Shown here: in pieces, positions 1 through 7,210 of the stretch | How the letters are laid out: each line of letters starts with the position of its first letter | Numbering within the stretch: the first letter of the stretch is position 1 | DNA from: Candidatus Hermodarchaeota archaeon | GTDB taxonomy: Archaea; Asgardarchaeota; Lokiarchaeia; Sigyniarchaeales; SOKP01 | DNA: 25,537 bases | Direction: 5' to 3' | Assembly (NCBI GenBank): GCA_048885525.1 | Contig: JBHLLP010000050.1 | Span: 1-25,537 of the forward strand | Program-made: the position numbers and the translations under genes | Notes under the pieces: generated by a model | What the model was told of the DNA's origin: nothing | The model's input: only the letters and a program-made list of their open reading frames with translations | Databases searched by the model: none

Positions 1-92
1 AGATCATTTATAATTTGGAGAGCTTCTTTAAATTTGCTTTCCTCATATAATTTTTTAGCTTGAGATAACTCGTATGTAATGGAATTTAACAT
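1..92 (-). CDS. N-terminal fragment of a probable TPR/helical-repeat protein (runs off the window edge)
   Basis: Manual translation from ATG at 92..90: MLNSITYELSQAKKLYEESKFKEALQIIND..., open to position 1. The A-x2-L-Y-x3-K-F-x-E-A-L pattern resembles a TPR helix pair. Not in the ORF track. Confidence 0.5.
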   Translation of the reverse strand, partial: MLNSITYELSQAKKLYEESKFKEALQIIND

Positions 93-275
93 GCTGTCAT
101 ACAAAATGACTTTATTTTTTTCTATTAATCTCGCTTAATTTTGCTTTTTTCATATTAAACAACTAGGATTAAATTTAGATCAAAATACATAAGAGTTTAC
201 TCAGTATTTAAATCTTCCTCTATAACAAGTTCATTTAAAGCGAATAGAAAACTGAATTTAATAGAAATATTAACT

Positions 276-1016
276 TTAAACGTTTTTGATTAAGGTTTCT
301 AATTTAACCATTATTTGTTCATCAATACGAGCTCGCTTAATTTTTCTTTTTAATTCAAAAAGAGCAGCAAGCGGTAAAGACATATCAAAATATACAAACG
401 CCTCTTCAGTATTTAACTCTTCTTCCATAGCGAGTTTATGTAATTTGAAAACATATTCTGTACGTAAATCCATTAGTTTTTGAGCCCGGCTTTTATCAAA
501 ATATAAAAAAACTGGAGCATCAATATAGGATAAGAATTCATCATAAGTTTTTTTTGCTTTTGTAATATCACCTAGCTGATCTTGAAGAAGATCTAATAAT
601 GGATCCAGATAATCCAGTAATTGGGTTATATTATAGCTCAAGTTTCGATAATTATTAATTTCCCTTTTGAAGAATTTTTGAAGTTGTTCAGGGTCTTTTG
701 AAAAATTTAATTCTTCAGACTTTATTTCTTTTTTTTTAAATTTTGGATTAATTTTATAGATCTTTGGTGGTATTCTGCCTTTTACAGGTTGTTCTCCAAT
801 ACTTGATATAAGAAGCCCATCCTTTTCCATTAACTTAAGATGTCTAGCTACAGTTGATTTACTATGTTCTAAATAATGGGCAATTTGAGTAACATTCAAT
901 TCATTATGAAGTTCAAGGATAGCCCAGATATCAAAACGTAATTTATGCTTTGCTATTAATTTATCCCATTCTCCTTCATTTTTTTTACTAACTTCTGTAT
1001 CCACTTGATTTCTCAA
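276..1016 (-). CDS. ArsR/HTH_20-like winged-helix transcriptional regulator with helical C-terminal domain
   Basis: LRFDIWAILELHNELNVTQIAHYLEHSKSTVARHLKLMEKDGLL...GRIPPKIYKI is a typical wHTH. TTG start preceded by AAGGAG on the minus strand. Confidence 0.8.
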   Translation of the reverse strand: MRNQVDTEVSKKNEGEWDKLIAKHKLRFDIWAILELHNELNVTQIAHYLEHSKSTVARHLKLMEKDGLLISSIGEQPVKGRIPPKIYKINPKFKKKEIKSEELNFSKDPEQLQKFFKREINNYRNLSYNITQLLDYLDPLLDLLQDQLGDITKAKKTYDEFLSYIDAPVFLYFDKSRAQKLMDLRTEYVFKLHKLAMEEELNTEEAFVYFDMSLPLAALFELKRKIKRARIDEQIMVKLETLIKNV

Positions 1017-1113
1017 ACTCCTTTAAAAATTGGATATTTAAATTTTATTTGAATATTATTTATTTTGTTAAGTAATATTTAATCTTTTTTCTAATTAATT
1101 AAAATAGTCTAAA

Positions 1114-1240
1114 TTATTATTGAACGTTATTAATTTTTATTTTTATATAATATATAACGATATAAGATATTTAAATTTGATCATAACATTTAAATACGAA
1201 ACGTTCTATTTTTAAGATAATATGGCACGTTCATTAATAA
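1114..1240. promoter_or_regulatory. Candidate operator pair (14-bp inverted repeat) in the divergent promoter region
   Basis: TTATTATTGAACGT (1114-1127) and ACGTTCATTAATAA (1227-1240) are reverse complements at 13/14 positions. A third ACGTTC core lies at 1201-1206. Confidence 0.35.
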
Positions 1241-1330
1241 GTAAAAATTTAGTTCACTTATTTTTAGGTGCTATAATGCCATAGAAAATAAAAAAAAAAT
1301 TTAAAAACAAAATTTAGAGTTGATAGAGAA

Positions 1331-2107
1331 ATGAGTAGATCAAAAATAGCGACAAAGTTAACTCTATTAGCCTTACTTATATTTTTAATATCTCCTTTCA
1401 TTTCAACTGTTTATGGGGCAAAAACCGAAAGTGTGAGACCTATAGAAGACTGGATATACGGCAATGATCATGATAACTGGGATCCTACTAATACATATCC
1501 CTGGTTCGACCATACATTAACACAAATAGGAAACCCGTTTGGGAATTGGCGTGGATATATTGACCCTGAATCTTTACTTGCTATTCATTTTGATTGGGTA
1601 GCTCTCAATGATGAGATAGAATATGATGGATTTGTACTCGAAACATCCATGCCTGATGGATCTTTAAAGATTAAAGTACACTTACATGTAAAAGGATTAT
1701 ATGTAGAGGTTTATAATGTTAAACCAGAAGGTCCATTGGATTGGTCGGGTTTTCAAGATCTTGCCTTTGTAGGATACATGGATTATCTATTCGAATATGA
1801 ATTTGTTATTTATCAAGAACCTGGGGCCCAACTCCCTACATTTATCGACATTTGGGTTGGTTTGGTGAATGCGTACGAAATTTCAATCAAATCAAATGGA
1901 ATAGCAACTGGACACCGTGTTCAACCTGGCTGGTTACCTCCAGAATTGCCTGGGCGAATACCCTACTGGTGGTTTTTACCACCAGAACAACCCCCTGCTG
2001 ATCCACCAATACTCATGGAGGAAGCAAAAGTAATAGTAAATCAGATAGGGATCAATCATCCTAAGATTGATAATTTTTGGCCAATTGAAATGATTAAATT
2101 GATTTAA
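1331..2107 (+). CDS. Secreted hypothetical protein
   Basis: Basic N-terminus plus hydrophobic stretch (KLTLLALLIFLISPFISTVYGA) consistent with a signal peptide; beta-rich body and a Pro/Trp-rich segment near the C-terminus. No family recognised. Confidence 0.7.
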   Translation: MSRSKIATKLTLLALLIFLISPFISTVYGAKTESVRPIEDWIYGNDHDNWDPTNTYPWFDHTLTQIGNPFGNWRGYIDPESLLAIHFDWVALNDEIEYDGFVLETSMPDGSLKIKVHLHVKGLYVEVYNVKPEGPLDWSGFQDLAFVGYMDYLFEYEFVIYQEPGAQLPTFIDIWVGLVNAYEISIKSNGIATGHRVQPGWLPPELPGRIPYWWFLPPEQPPADPPILMEEAKVIVNQIGINHPKIDNFWPIEMIKLI

Positions 2108-2269
2108 GAGTGTAGGTTTAATAATGAAAGGTAAAGTTATAATTTTTAAACAGAATATAGAAAAAGGAGGAATATGTTTAGCTAAATGGGTTTCTCGAAT
2201 GACCACACTTATACCAATATACCTCTATTCTATATGTTTTTTTTTATTTTTTACGTGTAAACAAGTGTC

Positions 2270-5059
2270 ATGACATTATTTAAAAACAAATTAGTGAGAA
2301 ATAATAAAATGATTAAAAAAAAAATAATCAAAATTCGTAAATCGGGAACAATTTCGAAAATATATAGTATTTTGATGATTTTATTGCTGAGTTTTGTAGT
2401 TTTTCAAATATATTTACCCGTAGTAAGAGAAGCTGAATTCAATAGTGACGATGATTTAAATCTTAAAGTAAGCACACAATCAATATCACCAATATTACTC
2501 GGTAGCTATAGTGATGGACTTAATGATGCTAAAGATGTACAAGTATGTGGTGATATTGCGTATGTAGCAGATTATGGGGATGGATTAAATATTATTAACG
2601 TGAGTGATCCAACTTCTCCAAAATTACTTGGCAAATACGGAGACAATCATAATGAATCATGGAGATTATATGTTACTGGGAATATTGCTTACGTGGCTGA
2701 TATAAGCAATGGTTTGGAGATCATTGATGTAAGTGATCCAACCCTTCCAACATTGCTAGGAAAATATGGTGATGAGTTTAATCAAACATGGGATGTGTAC
2801 GTGACAAGTAATATTGCCTTCGTGACTGACGGAGAAGATGGCCTTGAAATAATTAATGTTAGTAACCCAAGTAATCCAAAAGAAATAGGGTATTTAGATT
2901 TTGATAAAAATGCTAAAGGAATTTTTGTCTCTGGTAATTATGCTTATGTAACATATTGGGCAGGAGGTATACGAATCATTGATATAAGAGATTTAAAAAA
3001 TCCAAAAGAAATTGCAGATTTTAATGATGGTGGAAATACTCTAGGGGTAGTTGTGCATGATAATATTGCCTACGCAGCAGATGTTGTGGGTGCCTTAGAT
3101 ATTATTGATGTAAGCAACCCAAATAAGCCCGTCAAATTAGGAAAATTTATTGATGACTTCGGTCCACATCAAGTATATGTTTCTGGTAATATCGCCTACT
3201 TAACAAATTATGCAGAAGGTTTAAAAATAATTGACGTAACTGACCCAACCAAACCCATTTTGCTTGAAAATTTTTATATTGGAAATAAACAATCATATGG
3301 GATTCATGTTATTGGTGATATCGCATATTTAGCAGATGGCATAGACGGTTTGGAGATAATTAATATAGGGTACAAGAGTGGGCAATGGTTAAATTCTTCA
3401 TTATTAGGCAAGTATGGTGATGATTATAATCTTACTTATAGTATGTATGTTTCTGGTGATATTGCTTATATAGCTGACTTAGAAGATGGATTAGAAATTG
3501 TTAATATGAGCAATCCAACCAAACCTATATTACTCGGTAGGTATAGTAATGATAATAACAAGGCATGTCGTTTAGATGTTTCTGGAAATATCGCTTATGT
3601 ACCGGAATTATCATTTGGGTTGGATATTATTAATGTTAGTGATCCGACCAACCCTACATTACTCGGTAAATATGGTGATAATTTTAATAAGTCATTTAGC
3701 GTAGATATTTCGGGTAATATCGCGTATATAGCAAGTCTAGGTGAGGGACTAGAAATAGTTAACATAAGTAACCCGAAAAAACCTCTATTACTCGGTAGGT
3801 ATGGTGATGATTATAATCAGTCTTTTTATGTGAAAATTTCTGGTAACATTGCTTATGTGGCGGATGAAGCAGATGGATTAGAAATCATTGATGTGAGTGA
3901 CCCAACTAAACCTACACTCCTTGGTAAGTATGGCGATAGTTATAATATGACGTTTGGTGTATATGTTTTAGATTGTATTGCTTATGTGGCAGATGAAGCA
4001 GATGGATTAGAAATCATTGATGTGAGTGACCCAACCAAACCTACTCTCCTTGGTAGATATACTGATGATTATAATGGTGCAGATAACGTATATGTTTCTG
4101 GGAATTTTGCTTATGTGGCAGATTGGTTTGATGGCTTGGAAATTATCGATGTAAGTGATCCTACAGATCCTAAAGAAGTTGGATTTTTTAATGATGGTGG
4201 AATTTCAACAGATGTTTACATATCAAAGAATATAGTTTATGTAGCAGATTATTTATATGGTGTGGAGATCATTGATCCGGGTTTAGATAATGATGATGAT
4301 TATCTTTCAAATGTTCAGGAAATTAAGTTTCATAATACTAATGTGAATGATCCAGACACAGATCAAGATGGACTATCTGACTATGATGAGATTGAAACTT
4401 ATATTACCGATCCTAAAGATGAGGATAGTGATGATGATGGATTAGAGGATGGCGATGAAATTTCTTACTCTACAGATCCTAATGATGAGGATTCTGATAA
4501 TGATAAGATTTTGGATGGGGAAGAAGTTATAGAAGGTTCTGATGGATATATTACAAACCCAAACAATGCTGATAGTGACGATGATGGATTGATTGATGGA
4601 TATGAAATTACTAATAGTACAAATCCAAATGATTCAGATTGTGATGATGATGGCTTGTTGGATGGCGTAGAGGTCATTACCCATGGAACTGATCCATTGA
4701 ACAATGATACGGACAACGATTTAATGCCTGATGGATGGGAGGTACAATATGAAACAAATCCTTTAGTATATGATAAAGATGAAGATTCTGACGTGGACGG
4801 CTTGACCAATTATGAAGAGCTTTTAAATGGGACAGATCCTAGAGATGATGATACTGATGATGATGGGTATCTTGATGGATGGGAAGTGGATAATGGGTAT
4901 AATCCATTGGATCCAAATGATCCTCCTCCACCGAGCAGATTACCAGAATTCTTTTGGCAAATTTTAATTTCTGTAGCTGGAGCAGCAGCAGCTGGTATTG
5001 TTGGACTTATGTTTTTCTTAATTAAAAAGAGAATGAAAAAGAAGACCTTAGGTGAATAA
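2270..5059 (+). CDS. Membrane-anchored surface protein: 14 LVIVD repeats, 9 DxDxDG-type Ca-binding (TSP3-like) repeats, C-terminal TM helix
   Basis: Repeats of IAYVAD..GLEIIDVSDP; acidic repeats such as DTDQDGLSDYDE and DTDDDGYLDGWE; PPPP linker, TM (FFWQILISVAGAAAAGIVGLMFFLI) and KKRMKKK tail; N-terminal hydrophobic segment. True start may be the ATG at 2309. Confidence 0.9.
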   Translation: MTLFKNKLVRNNKMIKKKIIKIRKSGTISKIYSILMILLLSFVVFQIYLPVVREAEFNSDDDLNLKVSTQSISPILLGSYSDGLNDAKDVQVCGDIAYVADYGDGLNIINVSDPTSPKLLGKYGDNHNESWRLYVTGNIAYVADISNGLEIIDVSDPTLPTLLGKYGDEFNQTWDVYVTSNIAFVTDGEDGLEIINVSNPSNPKEIGYLDFDKNAKGIFVSGNYAYVTYWAGGIRIIDIRDLKNPKEIADFNDGGNTLGVVVHDNIAYAADVVGALDIIDVSNPNKPVKLGKFIDDFGPHQVYVSGNIAYLTNYAEGLKIIDVTDPTKPILLENFYIGNKQSYGIHVIGDIAYLADGIDGLEIINIGYKSGQWLNSSLLGKYGDDYNLTYSMYVSGDIAYIADLEDGLEIVNMSNPTKPILLGRYSNDNNKACRLDVSGNIAYVPELSFGLDIINVSDPTNPTLLGKYGDNFNKSFSVDISGNIAYIASLGEGLEIVNISNPKKPLLLGRYGDDYNQSFYVKISGNIAYVADEADGLEIIDVSDPTKPTLLGKYGDSYNMTFGVYVLDCIAYVADEADGLEIIDVSDPTKPTLLGRYTDDYNGADNVYVSGNFAYVADWFDGLEIIDVSDPTDPKEVGFFNDGGISTDVYISKNIVYVADYLYGVEIIDPGLDNDDDYLSNVQEIKFHNTNVNDPDTDQDGLSDYDEIETYITDPKDEDSDDDGLEDGDEISYSTDPNDEDSDNDKILDGEEVIEGSDGYITNPNNADSDDDGLIDGYEITNSTNPNDSDCDDDGLLDGVEVITHGTDPLNNDTDNDLMPDGWEVQYETNPLVYDKDEDSDVDGLTNYEELLNGTDPRDDDTDDDGYLDGWEVDNGYNPLDPNDPPPPSRLPEFFWQILISVAGAAAAGIVGLMFFLIKKRMKKKTLGE
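3848..4055 (+). repeat. Near-identical intragenic direct repeat (2 x 79 nt, 129-nt period)
   Basis: 3848-3926 vs 3977-4055 match at 76/79 nt; the three differences (GCG/GCA, ACT/ACC, ACA/ACT) are synonymous. Confidence 0.85.
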
Positions 5060-5163
5060 ACTAAGTAAAAACAATTTTATAGAACTAAATCTATTCTTTT
5101 TAATTTTATTAACTTAACCTAAACTTCATAGACTCAATTAAACCTCAAAAGATAGAAAAAATA

Positions 5164-6057
5164 TTATTTGATAACATATACAAGCTTTTGACCTTCTTGT
5201 TCTTCAAGGTTTAACTCTCGTCGGATGGCATTTCGTACTAAATACCCTCCAACGTGCAATATTGAGTCTTTTAGAATAGAATCTTGATCCATTGAAGCAT
5301 TACAAGGGTAAGCATGATGTGCTTTACTTATTCTTTCATTTAAGGAAAGTGCTCCACTCTTTCCATTCTTGAAATATTTTGATTTCAATTGTTGACAAAT
5401 ATAATATGTACTTCCACATGGAGCACTCTGAATTACACAGGTGTCTTCAATGGATTCACCATCTTTACTTAATAGAAATGAGACAATTGGTTCTCCTATT
5501 TTGTAATATTTAATAAACTCATCAATGAAATTATGATTTTTTGTTAAATTAAAACCAATTTTGTTATATTCATTTAACTCTTTACTTAATGAGCAAAAGG
5601 GTTTAGGGAAAGCTGCTTGAATACCATACTGTTCAAATTCTTCTAATACTTGCACTTGGAGCCCAGCAGGTACCCATTTTGGATCTTCTATTGGGACAAT
5701 AACAGCTCTTATACTCCTATCTTTTAGATAATAAGGAAGACCAGAGAGTAAATCTTGGTGAATTCCAACAACCATTAAATAATCTAATTGAGGAAGATTT
5801 TTTGGGAGATATAATTCTGGTTCTTCAATAAATTCAGGAGCATTTTCACCAACTTTTTCATAAAAATAGATGGAACTAGCAAAATTCTTAACATACTCAC
5901 GGCACTTATCACATTTAACATTTTGTTCTAAAACTTCACATGCTTTACAAAATTCTTCATTATTAATGAGATTCCCAACAAACTTTTGAGTTAACATCTC
6001 TGTTTCTGGTCCAATACCGTAAAGTACTCCAAGTTTATATCTTTTCTCAGTCAACAT
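5164..6057 (-). CDS. DUF166 family protein (often loosely annotated 'thymidylate synthase'), Cys-rich
   Basis: Motifs PEFIEEP, HQDL, PKPFCSL, SAPCGST, YPCNASM..D...D.ILH recalled as characteristic of DUF166; additional N-terminal CKAC...CDKC. Confidence 0.75.
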   Translation of the reverse strand: MLTEKRYKLGVLYGIGPETEMLTQKFVGNLINNEEFCKACEVLEQNVKCDKCREYVKNFASSIYFYEKVGENAPEFIEEPELYLPKNLPQLDYLMVVGIHQDLLSGLPYYLKDRSIRAVIVPIEDPKWVPAGLQVQVLEEFEQYGIQAAFPKPFCSLSKELNEYNKIGFNLTKNHNFIDEFIKYYKIGEPIVSFLLSKDGESIEDTCVIQSAPCGSTYYICQQLKSKYFKNGKSGALSLNERISKAHHAYPCNASMDQDSILKDSILHVGGYLVRNAIRRELNLEEQEGQKLVYVIK

Positions 6058-6124
6058 TAAAATGAAATAATTATTTGCTTTTATTTGTAATTTTAATACT
6101 CTATAAAGAATATATTAATTTGGC

Positions 6125-6136
6125 TGAACATGTTCA
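6125..6136. promoter_or_regulatory. Perfect 12-bp palindrome TGAACATGTTCA, candidate operator
   Basis: Self-complementary; lies 68 nt upstream of the DUF166 start in a divergent intergenic region. Confidence 0.35.
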
Positions 6137-6290
6137 ATTACAAAATATCTTCTTAAAATTTTTACAATATATTAAAAAATAATTTTGAATAAAATTAGAC
6201 TCTCTAATATGAATTAAGAATTATATAATATGAATGATTTATTACATAGAAAATAGAAATTAAGAAATCTTAAAACACTGAGGTGCCAAG

Positions 6291-6548
6291 ATTATTAACA
6301 AAAATGAACTATCCAAGAACCATGAAGAAATTTTAATTGGAAGAGTAAGGTTATATAAAGGAATTATAATTCTTATCGGACTCTTTACATTTTTAGGACT
6401 TCTAATTTTATCTACATTGATGATTCCTTCCCATATAGGAGATCTTTATCTCTTGATAATAGGATTAATTGTTATTATATTTCCGTATTTAGTAAGTATA
6501 TTTATTATTATTAGTGATCAACGTGAAATGAAAAGACAAAAAAAATGA
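6291..6548 (+). CDS. Small two-TM membrane protein (about 85 aa), probable ATT start
   Basis: Stop-free frame 6282-6548 encoding IINKNELSKNHEEILIGRVRLYKGIIILIGLFTFLGLLILSTLMIPSHIGDLYLLIIGLIVIIFPYLVSIFIIISDQREMKRQKK; GAGGTG at 6280-6285 sits 5 nt before ATT 6291. Not in the ORF track. Confidence 0.55.
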   Translation: MINKNELSKNHEEILIGRVRLYKGIIILIGLFTFLGLLILSTLMIPSHIGDLYLLIIGLIVIIFPYLVSIFIIISDQREMKRQKK

Positions 6549-6574
6549 TGTTATTTTCTCCAATTTTATACAGT

Positions 6575-7033
6575 CTAATCTTCAGAATATATTGCCATAG
6601 TACTTCTACTTTCTTCCACTCTTACTGAAATCTTTTTATCTAAGTACACTTCTTTTAATTTACTATGAATATATTTTGCTAAAAGTTCGCTTGTAGTAGC
6701 CTGCAATGGTAAAAAGAAAACATCTTCTCTAGGAAACACATATCTTTTGTTAGGTGCTATAATTTCTATGGAATCTTTCTCCTCTCTTATTTCTAATTCA
6801 TCAGATTTTGTCGGTACCAGAATATAATGGTCCATAGGTTTAATTATAGACATTATTTTTTCCTTTAAATCATTAAAATCTACAACAAAATGATTTTTAT
6901 CAAGATCAGCACTTACTTCAACAGAAACATAATAATTGTGACCATGCAGCCTTGTACACTGAAGAGGCTCTTTTAAGAAGTGACTAGCACTAAATTTAGC
7001 TTCTATTGACTGCACACGTACCTTAAATCCCAT
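6575..7033 (-). CDS. queD: 6-carboxytetrahydropterin synthase / 6-pyruvoyl-tetrahydropterin synthase family (T-fold)
   Basis: FSASHFL, CTRLHGHNY (C-x3-HGH), VVDF..LK, MDH, TTSELLA and VEES motifs. Confidence 0.85.
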   Translation of the reverse strand: MGFKVRVQSIEAKFSASHFLKEPLQCTRLHGHNYYVSVEVSADLDKNHFVVDFNDLKEKIMSIIKPMDHYILVPTKSDELEIREEKDSIEIIAPNKRYVFPREDVFFLPLQATTSELLAKYIHSKLKEVYLDKKISVRVEESRSTMAIYSED

Positions 7034-7210
7034 ATATAGATTGTCTCTGTTATTAATTTATTATCTTCGATTTTTTGTATGTTAGAAGCTCTTTGAAATT
7101 TTTATATTTTATGTTTAAAAACAATAAATATGAAAATAATTTCTTTAGAATAAAGCATACTAAATCTATAAGATAATTCGAAAAAAAATATTCAATATTA
7201 TACTATAGAT

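Noticed and set aside
1125-1161. CGTTAT...TATATAACGAT as a third ModE-like box
   Set aside because: Spacer is 23 nt rather than 12, and neighbouring genes are unrelated to Mo/W.
2500-4930. Periodic repeats as a CRISPR array or diversity-generating retroelement
   Set aside because: Repeats are in-frame coding units; no cas or reverse transcriptase gene and no adenine-specific variation.
6279-6281. In-frame TGA before the small membrane ORF as a selenocysteine codon
   Set aside because: A TAA lies six codons upstream with no start codon between; no redox motif or recognisable SECIS.
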